NCBI RefSeq assembly: GCF_963921235.1
Contig: NC_086097.1
Location: forward strand, 187,366,001-187,430,000
From: Mobula hypostoma
Taxonomy: Eukaryota
Reading direction: 5' to 3'
Length of the DNA stretch: 64,000 nt
Under the pieces are notes generated by a model that searched no databases, was not told the DNA's origin, and saw only the letters and a list, made by a program, of their open reading frames with translations. Below, one piece after another: positions 36,800 to 49,600 of the stretch. Both the position numbers and the translations under genes were made by a program. The number at the start of each line of letters is the position of its first letter. Positions within the stretch are counted from its first letter, which is position 1.

Positions 36800-39700
36800 T
36801 AAGGCAGAATGTAGGTCAATAGGTACCCAAAAGTGCTCTAAGCCATGATGGGAGGTAGGAATAGGTGAAAAAGAATTGAATTTACCAAAGAGAGCGAAAT
36901 GCGGTTGAGAGACCAACCTGGCGATCATTGTGTCAGGAACGAAATCACTAGGCTGCCTGTATACCAACTCAGTCATGGATGACTTCACATCCTCCTTTGC
37001 AGAAGTTGGGAGCCCCAGCAGGACCCATGGGAGCCAATCAGCATTTATGAGGCAGTGAAACCACTCACATAAGGCAAGAGACTGCAGGTTATACAGCATG
37101 GTATGAGGTATCCTAATGCCAAGGTTCTAGGCCATCATAGCCCAGAGGTCTGAAATGAATTGGAGTCAGAGGAAATATCAGGTGGGGTGCCAAACCAAGC
37201 AGCCCAGTTGCTGATGAATGCCAGAGTCATGTCTGCAGCCATTGTCAATGCTAGAGGGACAATCTTTGGCCACCTGGTCGTACAGTCCATCAGGTCAGAA
37301 GGTACATAAAGTAAAACTGCGGGAGGGGGAAAGAGGACCAACAAGGTCTCGTGAATCTTCTCTGAACCCTCTCCAATGTCAGTATATCCTTTCTAAAATA
37401 AAGAGTCCAAAACTACACACAATAGTCCAAGTGTGGTTTCATGAGTGCCTTTTATAGCCTCAATATCACATCCTGCTTTTATATTCTATACCTCTAGAAA
37501 TGAATGTCAACATTGCATTTGCCTCCTTCACAACTGACTCTACCTGCAAGTTAACCTTTAGAGTATCTTGCACAAGGACTCACAAGTCACTTTGCATCTC
37601 TGCATTTTGAATTCCCTCCCTATCTAAATAATAGTCTGCCTGTTTATTTCTTCCACTAAAGTGCATGACCATACACTTTCCAATGTATTTCATTTGCCAC
37701 TTCTTTGCCCATTCCCTCAAACTACCTAAGTCTCTCTGTTTCCTCAACACTACCCACTCCTCCACCCATCTTTGCATCATCAGCAAATTTAGCCACAAGT
37801 CCCTTAATACCGTAGCCCAAATCATTGACATACATCGTAAAAAGCAGCGGTCCCAACACCGACCCTTGTGGAACTCCACCGGTAACCGGCAGTCCACCCT
37901 CAGGCAGTCCACCCTCAGACCACTAAGCTTCCTGAACACCTTCTCAGTCGTAATTTCCACTACACAAACCTCACTTCCCTGACACTTTTGAATGTCCGGT
38001 ATACTGCAGATATCTTCCACTGTAAAGACTGATGGAAAATACGCATTCAGTTCCTCTGCTATCTCTGCATCTCTAATTACAATATCTCCAGCGTCATTTT
38101 GTATTGGTCCTATATCTATCCTTGGCTCTTTTTTACCCTCTATATACTGAAAAAAGCTTTTAGTATCTTCTTTGATATTAGTTGCCAGCTTCCTCTCGTA
38201 ATTCATCATTTCCTTCTGCAAGTTTTTAAAAGCTCCCCAATCCTCTATCTTCTCACTACCTCTGGCTTCCTTGTATGACCTCTCTTTTGCTTTTACTTTG
38301 GCTCTGACTTCACTTGTCAGCCACGTTAGGGTCCTTCTTCCCTTTGAAAATTTCTTCCTATTTGGAATATATCTGTCTTTCACTTCCCTCATTTTCGCAG
38401 AAACTCCAGGAATTGCTGGTCTGCTGTCCTTCCTGCAAATGTCCCTTTCCAGTCAACTTCGGCCAGTTCCCCTCTCATGCCATTGTAATTTCCTTTATTC
38501 CACTGAAATACTGCCACATTAGGTTTTATTTTTCCCTCTCAAATTTCAAAGTGAACTCGATCATATTGTGATCACTGTTCCCTTAGGGTTCCTTAAACTT
38601 AAGCTTTTTTTATCTCCTCTGGGTCATTGCAGAACACCCAATCCAATCCATAGCCGATCCCCCAATAGGCTCAACAGCAAGCTGTTCTAAAAAGCTAACC
38701 CTTAGACATTCCACAAATTCTCTCTCCTGAGGTCCAGTACTAGCCTGGTTTTCCCAATCCACTTTCATGTTAAAATCCCCAACGATTATCATGACATTGC
38801 CTTTCTGATATGCCTTTTCTATCTCCTGCTGTAATTTGAAATCCACACCCCGGGTGCTGTTTCAAGGTCTGTATACAACTGTCATTAGGGTCCTTTTACC
38901 CTTGTAATTTCTTAACTCAACCCATAGAGACTCTACATCTTCCAATCCTATGTCATGTCTTTCCAATGATTTAATATTATTTCTTATACACAGAGCCACG
39001 CCACCCTCTCTGCCAAAGAACCTAACTTTCTGATACACCGTATATCCTTGGGCGTTCAGCTCCCAATGGCAGTCATCCTTTAGCCAAGTTTCAGAGTGGA
39101 ATGAAGAAGAGGTAGAAATTCATCATGCACAAAAGTCCTGTAGTTTTTTTAGTAGTGTAGGGCAGTGGGAAGTCCATAATAGAGACTACTTTTGATGGGA
39201 GGGGTTTCACACCTTCTGCAGAGATACAATAGCCAAGAAAGTCAATGATTGACAATGCAAACCAGCACTTAGCAGGGTTAATAATCATCCCTTGGTGGCT
39301 TAAGTGCTCAAAATGTGTGTGGAGATGAGATACTTGTTCAGATTTGGATGCACTGGTAACGAGTATATCAGCCAGGTAAACAAAAAGAATATTTAAGTCT
39401 TTCAATACAGAGTCCATCAGCTGTTGGGAAGTCTGTGCTGCATTTTATAGTCCAAACAGCATGTGCAAAAACTCAAGGCCAAATAGGGTTACAGTATCAT
39501 AACTATTTTTTTCCTCCAAGCACACAGGCACCTGATCGTCGCCCCTAACTAGATCAACTTTGAAAAAAATTAACTTTCTAGCTAAACACGCTGAGAAGTT
39601 TTGAATGTGTGGGTCTGGGTAATGATTATGGGTGAAGACCTCATTAAGGTGTCGGTAAACACCATCAGACTTAGGGACCATATGGAGGGGTGAAGCCCAG

Positions 39701-39890
39701 CGGCTGTTCGACCAGCGTACAATCCCGAGTCATTCCACGTTGGAAAACTCAGACTTCACAGTTGCCAGCTTTTCTGGGTCTAGTCCACATGCACAGGCAT
39801 GGACTGACGGGCCATTTGTGGGAACATGCTGTTCAACCCCATGTTCTACGACCGGTAGTGGAAAACGTGGACTTGGTGAGGTGTGGGAAG
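36800..39890 (-). mobile_element. Degenerate Gypsy LTR-retrotransposon pol remnant (RT 39091-39750, integrase about 36900-37320), interrupted by a CR1
   Basis: FKVDLVRG..QVP, FLHMLFGL, FVYLADILV (YLDD-like), INPAKC, DFLGY; integrase DCTTRWP, WFGTP.DISSD, LPWVLLGL. Confidence 0.85.
37345..39093 (-). mobile_element. CR1 internal fragment with an internal deletion
   Basis: ORFs 38610-38846 (VGDFN) and 37580-38392; no 3' tail visible. Confidence 0.85.
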
Positions 39891-39929
39891 TCGAGTCACT
39901 TACTTATACTAAGTTATAACATACATCCA

Positions 39930-40080
39930 GTTAACCTATCTGCACTTCTCTGGGATGTGATATGAAACCAAAGCACTCAGAGAAAAACCTTGCAGTCACA
40001 GTGAGGAACTACATACTGAAAGCATACAAATCAGGATCAAACCAGTGTCCCCATTGGTGTCAAAAAACAGCACTAACTTG
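39930..40080 (-). mobile_element. Possible V-SINE (HE1-like) core remnant
   Basis: gggatgtg...gaaaccaaagcactcagagaaaaacc...gcagtcacag resembles the reversed V-domain as recalled from memory. Confidence 0.4.
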
Positions 40081-40707
40081 GTCCATCATGTAACCTGATA
40101 CTGGCAAGAGAGGTGAAGAAGAATATCTTGTATAATAACTGGAAACATCAAATCCTATGACAATACTTTTTTTTTAAATGGCAGTGAAAGAAATCCAAAG
40201 AGATGTTATTAAATATGAGAACAAATACAGTCATGCAGAAGAGTGCAGTTATGAGGAGGCTTTTTCTGGACAATAGTTCAAGGACAAAGTACACCAGTAC
40301 TGTCTTGGTAAGTGAGGATGTAGAAGATTCGGATGGCCATAGTGAAATTGAATTTGTTGGGGCCAGTAAAGCAGAAAATGTTAAAATACTAGAGGGGGAC
40401 TCTTAGAAGCTGAGATAGTTGGATAGACATAGCACAAGGAGAGAGAGAGAGAGCAAAGTCAAGATAGGGAAAAGTGAGCAAAAAATAAACAACTGGATTC
40501 AAGCACCAATTGCTATGCAGAGTCTCCAACCAAAATACCAACCATCGTTTTGCCTCCACAGGTAATGTTTGACCTACTAACTTAAATCTTTGCTGCTCAT
40601 TTCACCTTTACAGCATTACAATACTGTACTTCCTTCTCCAACAACAGCAGACACTCTCCAAGTAGTAATATGTATATAATTTGGCCAAATAAAATCAAAT
40701 GGTAATA

Positions 40708-42430
40708 TACATACAGCAGCTACTTTATTAGGTACCTCCTGCACCTGACAAGGGAGCCACTGAATGCACGTTCGTGGTCTTCTACTGCTGTAGGCCATCC
40801 ACTTCAAGGTTCGAACTTTCGTGTGTTCAGAGATGTTTTTCTGCACATTATTGTTGTAACTGATGGCTATTTGAGTTACTATCACCTTCCCGTTAGCTTG
40901 AACCAGTCTGGCTATTCTCTGACCTCACTCACTAGCATGGCAATTTTGCCCACAGAACGGCTGATCACTGGATGCTTATTGTTTCTTGCATCATTCGTTG
41001 TAAACCCCAAAGACTGTTGTGTCTGAAAATCCCAGGAGATCGGCAGTTTCTGAGATAAACCATTGAAACTGACACCAACAATCATTCCACTTAGATCACA
41101 CTTCTTCCTCATTCTGATGTTTGGTCTAAATAAGAACTGAACTTCTTGCATTGAGTAGCTCTAGGGGCTTATGGGGTGCCCAGGGAGGAGTAAACTCCCC
41201 AGTGTTATAATTTCAGAGTACCTGTTATGGGCCCAGCATGTAAGTGCAATTACAAAGAGAGAATAGCAGTGCACCTACTTCTTTAGAAGTTTGTGAAGAT
41301 CCAGCAATACATCTAAAACTTTGACTAACTTCTATAGATGTGTAGTAGAGAGTATATTGACAGGATGCATCACAGCCTGGTATGGAAACACCAATGCCCT
41401 TGAATGGAAAATCCTACAAAAGTAGTGGATACGGCTCAGTCTTTCGTGGGTAAAGCCCTCCCCACCATTGAGGCACAACACAATCTATTGTTGCAGGAAA
41501 GCCACATCCGTCATCAGGGATACCCATCACCCAGGTTACGTACTCTTCTCGCAGCTGCCATCCGGGAAAAGTACAGGAACCTCAGAACCCACACCACCAG
41601 GTTCAAGAACAACAGGCTTTTGAATCAGAGGGCATAACTTCCCTCAACTTCACTTGTCCCATCACTGAACTGTTCCCCCAACCTACGTATTCACTTTCAA
41701 GGTCTCTTCATCTCACGTTCATGATAGTTATTGCTTAGCTATTCATTATTATTCATTTTTTGTTTGTATTTGTAGTTTGAGGTAGTATTTTGCACACTAG
41801 TTGTCTGCCCTGTTGCTGTGATCTTTAATTGATTCTTTTACGATAGGTTGATTTATTATGTATGCCCGCAAGAAAACGAATCTCAGGGTTGTATATGATG
41901 ACATATATATACTTTGATTATTAATTTGCTTTGAGCCTTGAAACAGCTGTTTGCGTGTGACAGTGGCTACACCCCCGTACACTGTTTCAACAGGCCAGCT
42001 AAACCAAGTGATAGTTGCTGGCAGGCCTCATACCCCAGTGAGGCAGGGACATGCCTCTTCTAGCATGTGAAGTCAGATCCGGCAGACTGGGTGGATGAGA
42101 TCAAAAGTAAGATCCAATGGCTGAAAATGCAACACTTTGTGGAGAGTGAAGGACAGGAAAAGGCAGAGAAGTAGTCATGGCCATCCACAGCAACCAAGGA
42201 AGACCCCAGCCTCTGATGTCCACTCCTACCACTGGACCCAAACTGCTGAGGCTGAGAGAGTGGAATAGTCCCAGTGCAATGGCTTTTCCACTTTAAAAAC
42301 TCTCCCGCACAGGTCTCCTGTCATTGTGGATTCGATGGACAACCAACCACTATCACATAGTTGGTTGATTAGATATTTGCTTTCACAAGCAGTTGTATAG
42401 GTGTACCTAATAAAGTGATGATTCAGTGTA
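40708..42430 (-). mobile_element. Tc1-derived non-autonomous DNA transposon with nested inserts
   Basis: TIRs actttattaggtac (about 40708-40737) / gtacctaataaagt (about 42400-42430), TA flanks, transposase N-terminal remnant MRKKCDLS.MIVG at 41114 on the minus strand. Confidence 0.75.
41225..41940 (+). mobile_element. Rex1-like 3' fragment
   Basis: KVVDTAQS.VGKALPTIE, YRNLRTHTTRFKN and the typical UTR gaatctcagggttgtatatg. Confidence 0.8.
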
Positions 42431-43080
42431 TAATTACCATATGATAACAGTGTACATAAAATAGGATGAAATTACCAGAGAAATAGGTAAGGAGACATGG
42501 TACCAATCGGCTATCCTACAAACTGGAAATCTGGAAGCTAGTCATTACCCAGCCAGTCTGGTGTCCTTGTAGGTAATGATGCAGGATGTGGCATTAAAAT
42601 GCCCATTAGAACTATTTCAGGAAGTCTTCTTTAGTTTGTAGCTTATCAAACTGTATGGTTGGTGGAATTTAAAGGCAAATATCTTCTGAATTAAACTCTG
42701 GAAAATCCGACTTTCGGTGGTGCAATTAAGAAGGCCACTCGTGCGAATAGCTCTGAAGGAAATCATCAAATATTCCCACTTTAGACTGCTCCAGCTGAAA
42801 TCCACAACCACAGCCATGAACAATACAGTAAGAAACATTATTGTAAGGTGTTTACAAAAACTGTGGCTACTCAAAATTGACGAATTTTAGACGGCAGTCT
42901 CTTGTCGCAAATATGGTTCCCCTTTAAGACAGCGGAAGAGAGAAAGCCGCATCGGATTAAGAGTTTGCTTAAGGAGAAGAGGGTTCCATCTTCAACTACC
43001 TTCTATTCTGCTGGCAAATGTATAGTCTCTGGAGAATAAAATCAAAGACCTCAGAGCAAAATTGCTGTACAAGAGGATCA

Positions 43081-46000
43081 CCTCTTTTGGCGCAGGCGTG
43101 ACCTGTACAAAAAGGACAGGTTACACTTGAATCCTAGGGGGACCAATATCCTGGCAGGGAGATTAGCGAGGGCTACTGAGGTGACTTTAAACTAGAATGG
43201 TTGCGGGGTGGGAATCAAATTAAAGAGGCTAGGCGTGAAGAGGTTAGTTCACAACAGCGGGATGGGAACCAGTGCAGAGAGACAGAGGGGTGTAAAGTGA
43301 GGGGAGAAGCAAAAAGTACTAAGGAGAAAAGTAAAAGTGGCAGGCCGACAAATCCAGGGCAAGCAATAAAAAGGGCCACTTTTCAGCATAATTGTATAAG
43401 GGCTAAGAGAGTTGTAAAAGAGCGCCTGAAGGCTTTATGTGTCAATGCAAGGAGCATTCGTAATAAGGTGGATGAATTGAAAGTGCAGATTGTTATTAAT
43501 GATTATGATATAGTTGGGATCACAGAGACATGGCTCCAGGGTGACCAGGGATGGGAGCTCAACGTTCAGGGATATTCAATATTCAGGAGGGATAGACATG
43601 AAGGAAGGGGAGGTGGGGTGGCGTTGCTAGTTAAAGGAGAGATTAACGCAATAGAAAGGAAGGACATAAGCCGGGAAGATGTGGAATCGATATGGGTAGA
43701 GCTGCGTAACACTAAGGGGCAGAAGACGCTGGAGGGAGTTGTGTACAGGCCACCTAACAGTAGTAGTGAGGTCGGAGATGGTATTAAACAGGAAATTAGA
43801 AATGTGTGCAATAAAGGAACAGCAGTTATAATGGGTGACTTCAATCTACATGTAGATTGGGTGAACCAAATTGGTAAAGGTGCTGAGGAAGAGGATTTCT
43901 TGGAATGTATGTGGGATGGTTTTTTGAACCAACATGTCGAGGAACCAACTTAAGAGCAGGCTATTCTGGACTGGGTTTTGAGCAATGAGGAAGGGTTAAT
44001 TAGCGATCTTGTCGTGAGAGGCCCCTTGGGTAAGAGTGACCATAATATGGTGGAATTCTTCATTAAGATGGAGAGTGACATAGTTAATTCAGAAACAAAG
44101 ATTCTGAACTTAAAGAGGGGTAACTTTGAAGGTATGAGACGTGAATTAGCTAAGATAGACTGGCAAATGACACTTAAAGGATTGACGGTGGATATGCAAT
44201 GGCAAGCATTTAAAGGTTGCATGGATGAACTACAACAATTGTTCATCCCAGTTTGGCAAAAGAATAAATCAAGGAAGGTAGTGCACCCGTGGCTGACAAG
44301 AGAAATTAGGGATAGTATCAATTCCAAAGAAGAAGCATACAAATTAGCCAGAGAAAGTGGCTCACCTGAGGACTGGGAGAAATTCAGAGTTCAGCAGAGG
44401 AGGACAAAGGGCTTAATTAGGAAGGGGAAAAAAGATTATGAGAGAAAACTGGCAGGGAACATAAAAATGGACTGTAAAAGCTTTTATAGATATGTAAAAA
44501 GGAAAAGACTGGTAAAGACAAATGTAGGTCCCCTGCAGACAGAAACAGGTGAATTGATTATGGGGAGCAAGGACATGGCAGACCAATTGAATAATTACTT
44601 TAGTTCTGTCTTTACTAAGGAGGACATAAATAATCTTCCAGAAATAATAGGGGACAGAGGGTCCAATGGGATGGAGGAACTGAGCGAAATACATGTTAGT
44701 AGGGAAGTGGTGTTAGGTAAATTGAAGGGATTGAAGGCAGATAAATCCCCAGGGCCAGATGGTCTGCATCCCAGAGTGCTTAAGGAAGTAGCCCAAGAAA
44801 TAGTGGATGCATTAGTGATAATTTTTCAAAACTTGTTAGATTCTGGACTAGTTCCTGAGGATTGGAGGGTGGCTAATGTAACTCCACTTTTTAAAAAAGG
44901 AGGGAGAGAGAAACCGGGGAATTATAGACCGGTTAGCCTAACGTCGGTGGTGGGGAAACTGCTGGAGTCAGTTATCAAGGATGTGATAACAGCACATTTG
45001 GAAAGTGGTGAAATCATCGGACAAAGTCAGCATGGATTTGTGAAAGGAAAATCATGTCTGACGAATCTCATAGAATTTTTTGAGGATGTAACTAGTAGAG
45101 TGGATAGGGGAGAACCAGTGGATGTGGTATATTTGGATTTTCAAAAGGCTTTTGACAAGGTCCCACACAGGAGATTAGTGTGCAAACTTAAAGCACACGG
45201 TATTGGGGGTAAGGTATTGGTGTGGGTGGAGAATTGGTTAGCAGACAGGAAGCAAAGATTGGGAATAAACGGGACCTTTTCAGAATGCAGGCAGTGACTA
45301 GTGGGGTACTGCAAGGCTCAGTGCTGGGACCCCAGTTGTTTACAATATATATTAATGACTTGGATGAGGGAATTAAATGTGGCATCTCCAAGTTTGCGGA
45401 TGACACGAAGCTGGGTGGCAGTGTTAGCTGTGAGGAGGATGCTAAGAGGATGCAGGGTGACTTGGATAGGTTGGGTGAGTGGGCAAATTCATGGCAGATG
45501 CAATTTAATGTGGATAAATGTGAAGTTATCTACTTTGGTGGCAAAAATAGGAAAACAGATTATTATCTGAATGGTGGCCGATTAGGAAAAGGGGAGGTGC
45601 AACGAGACCTGGGTGTCATTATACACCAGTCATTGAAAGTGGGCATGCAGGTACAGCAGGCGGTGAAAAAGGCGAATGGTATGCTGGCATTTATAGCGAG
45701 AGGATTCGAGTACAGGAGCAGGGAGGTATTACTGCAGTTGTACAAGGCCTTGGTGAGACCACACCTGGAGTATTGTGTGCAGTTTTGGTCCCCCAATCTG
45801 AGGAAAGACATCCTTGCCATAGAGGGAGTACAAAGAAGGTTCACCAGATTGATTCCTGGGATGGCAGGACTTTCATATGAAGAAAGACTGGATGAACTGG
45901 GCTTGTACTAGTTGGAATTTAGAAGATTGAGGGGGGATCTGATTGAAACGTATAAGATCCTAAAGGGATTGGACAGGCTAGATGCAGGAAGATTGTTCCC

Positions 46001-46320
46001 GATGTTGGGGAAGTCCAGAACGAGGGGCCACAGTTTGAGGATAGAGGGGAAGCCTTTTAGGACCGAGATTAGGAAAAACTTCTTCACACAGAGAGTGGTG
46101 AATCTGTGGAATTCTCTGCCACAGGAAACAGTTGAGGCCAGTTCATTGGCTATATTTAAGAGGGAGTTAGATATGGCCCTTGTGGCTACGGGGGTCAGGG
46201 GGTATGGAGGGAAGGCTGGGGTGGGGTTCTGAGTTGGAGGATCAGCCATGATCATAATAAATGGCGGTGCAGGCTCAAAGGGCCGAATGGCCTACTCCTG
46301 CATCTATTTTCTATGTTTCT
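43081..46320 (+). mobile_element. Young CR1 LINE; ORF2 nearly intact (2 frameshifts near 43950 and 45290, 1 stop at 45909); tail continues at 52232-52250
   Basis: CVNARSI, VGITETW, MGDFN, SDHN, KSPGPDG, YRPVSLTS, YLDFQKAFD, QGSVLGP, FADD; HER1-type 3' UTR. Confidence 0.95.
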
Positions 46321-46680
46321 TTCTTTCTTTCTTTTTAAATCTTTTTATTGAGTAAGTATACAAAAAAGGTAAGCCATATAAACATTAATACAATGTTAAA
46401 GTATAATAAAATTCCAAAAGATAACAATACCAAAAAGAAAATACTACAAACAATGTAATTTAAGCATAAGAAACCAAGATAACATAATAGTATACTAGAT
46501 TTTATATATATCAATGGAAAAAAAGAAAAAAAAAACCCCAAAAAAAAACCCACCGTGCAACTAACTAAAAGCAAAGCAAAGCAATGGGCTAACTTGAAAC
46601 CAAACAGAGTTAAACTTAAAATCACGTCCTCAATCCCGACCTCCATTAAAACAGTGAAGAGAAAACAAGAAGGGTAAATA

Positions 46681-49600
46681 TTACATTAAATGAAAATATC
46701 GAATAAAAGGTCCCCAAATCTGTTCAAATTTAAATGAAGAATCATAAAGGTTACTTCTAATTTTCTCCAGATTCAAACATAAAATCGTCTGAGAAAACCA
46801 AAAAAAGGTAGTTGGAGCATTAAGCTCTTTCCAATGTTGTAAAATACATCTTTTCGCCATTAAAGTAAGAAATGCAATCATTCTACGGGCTGAAGGGGAA
46901 AGATTACTAGAAATTTTAGGTAGTCCAAAGATAGCAGTAATAGGGTGAGGAGAGATATCTATATTTAATACCTTAGAAATAATATTGAAAATATCTCTCC
47001 AAAAAGTTTCCAAAGTAGGGCAAGACCAAAACATATGAGTTAAAGAGGCTATCTGCCCCGAACATCTATCACAGAAAGGATTAATATGCGAGTAAAAACG
47101 CGCTAACTTATCTTTGGACATATGTGCTCTATGAACCACTTTAAATTGAATTAGGGAATGTTTAGCACAAATAGAGGAAGTATTAACTAATTGTAAAATC
47201 TGCCCCCAATCATCCACAGAAATGGTAAGCCCCAATTCCTGTTCCCAATCTACCCTAATCTTATCAAATGGAGCTTTCCTAAGTTTCATAATAATATTAT
47301 AAATCATAGCCGATGCACCTTTCTGACATGGATTAAGGTTAATTATCGAATCTAAAATATATATAGGAGGAAGCATTGGAAAGGAAGTAAGTATAGTACT
47401 TAGGAAATTTCTAACTTGTAAATATCTAAAAAAATGTATTCTTGATAAGTTATATTTGTTAGATAATTGTTCAAAAGACATAAGGGAACCATCTAAAAAT
47501 AAATCCAAAAACCGTAAAATACCCTTAGTCTTCCAAGTTTGAAAAGCGCGATCCGTAAAAGAGGGAGGAAAAAATATGTTACCTAAAATAGGAATCGCTA
47601 ACCCGAATTGATTAAGATCAAAAAATTTTCTGAATTGAAACCAAATGCGCAAAGCATATTTAACTATCGGGTTAGAGACCTGCTTAAGACGTTTCGAATC
47701 AAAAGGAAGAGAGGAACCTAAAATAGAACCAAGTGTATAACCCTGAACAGATTGTAATTCCAATGCTACCCATTTAGGAATAAATAGTATGTCCCGATCA
47801 AGTAACCAAAATTTCATATGTCGAATATTAATAGCCCAATAATAAAATCTAAAGTTAGGTAATGCTAAACCTCCATCTCTCTTAGCTTTCTGTAAATGTA
47901 TTTTACCCAGTCTCGGATTCTTGTTCTGCCAAATAAATGAAGAAATTTTAGAGTCAACTTTATCAAAAAAAGATTTAGGAACGAAAATTGGTAATGCCTG
48001 AAACACATATAAAAATTTTGGCAAAAAAAACATCTTAACTGCATTAATACGACCAATCAAAGTTAAATATAAGGGAAACCATTTAGATGAAAGTTGAGTA
48101 ATATGGTCTATTAATGGTAAAAAGTTAGTCTTAAATAAATCTTTATGTTTACAAGTAATTTTAATCCCAAGATATGAAAAGTAATTATTAATCAATTTAA
48201 ATGGAAATTTATAATATAAGGGAAGATGTTTATTAATCGGAAAAAGTTCACTCTTACTAAGATTTAATTTATAACCTGAGAAAAGACCAAATTGTGCTAA
48301 TAACTCTAAAACAGCAGGAATGGATCTCTCAGGATTAGAAATATATAAAAGTAAATCATCAGCATAGAGTGATAATTTATGGGACTTTAATCCCCGAGTT
48401 ATCCCAGTAATATTTAAAGATTCTCGAATAGCAATTGCAAGAGGTTCTAATGCAATATCAAATAATAGGGGACTAAGAGGACAGCCTTGTCGAGTACCAC
48501 GAAAGAGAGGAAAAAAAGGTGAGTTTAAGGAGTTAGTACGAACCGAGGCTACAGGGGAATAATATAACAGTTTAATCCAGGATATAAATTTCAAGCTAAA
48601 ATTAAACATTTCAAGCACCTTAAATAAATAAGGCCATTCTACTCTATCAAAAGCTTTCTCGGCATCTAAAGAAATAACACACTCAGGAACATTTTGTGAG
48701 GGAGTATAAACGATATTTAACAATGTACGAATATTATAAAAAGAGTAACGACCTTTAATAAAACCCGTTTGGTCTTCCGAAATAATAGAAGGAAGTACTT
48801 TTTCTAGTCTATTTGCTAATAACTTAGAAAAAACTTTAGAATCAACATTTAATAAAGATATTGGTCTATAAGATGCACATTGAGCAGGGTCTTTATCCTT
48901 CTTTAGTATTAAAGAAATTGATGCTCTATTAAAAGATTCCGGAAGTTTACCAAGTTTCAAAGAAGCCTCAAAAACCTTATAGAGCCAAGGAATCAATAAA
49001 GAAGCAAAACATTTATAAAATTCAACGGTAAACCCATCAGGGCCAGGAGCTTTCCCCAGATTCATAGAAAAAATAACATTCTTAATCTCATCCATTGTAA
49101 TGGAAGTATCTAATAAAGAAGACATATCCTGTGAAATCAGAGGGAAGTCTAACTTATCTAAAAAATCATTCATATATTTAGAATCTCGAGGAGACTCTGA
49201 TTGGTATAAAGAAGAATAAAAATCACAAAAGGTTTGATTAATCCCCACATGATCCAATATCAATCGATCATTTTGGTTATAAATCTGATTGATTTGAGAT
49301 TTAACATAATTAGATTTCAATTGATTAGCCAGCAGCTTGCCAATTTTATCACTGTGAACATAAAAATCACTTCTTGTTTTCTTTAATTGGTTTACAATCG
49401 AGGACGAGAGTAGTAAACTGTGTTCCATTTGAAGTTCAGTTCTTTGTTTGTATAGCTCCTCAGAAGGAGCCATAACATATTTCTTATCAATTTCTTTAAT
49501 CTTGTCCACAATTACCATCTCCTCCTGCTTCTGTTTCTTCCTCAAAGCAACGGAATACGAAATAATCTGACCCCGAATATAGGCTTTAAAAGTGTCCCAA

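Noticed and set aside
41990..42350. GC-richer segment inside the Tc1 derivative, possibly an RTE 5' region or SINE
   Set aside because: Looks like a repeat but I cannot assign it from the sequence alone.
43566..46255. Several 70-130 aa antisense ORFs over the CR1
   Set aside because: Shadow frames of a recently coding LINE ORF2, with no independent signal.
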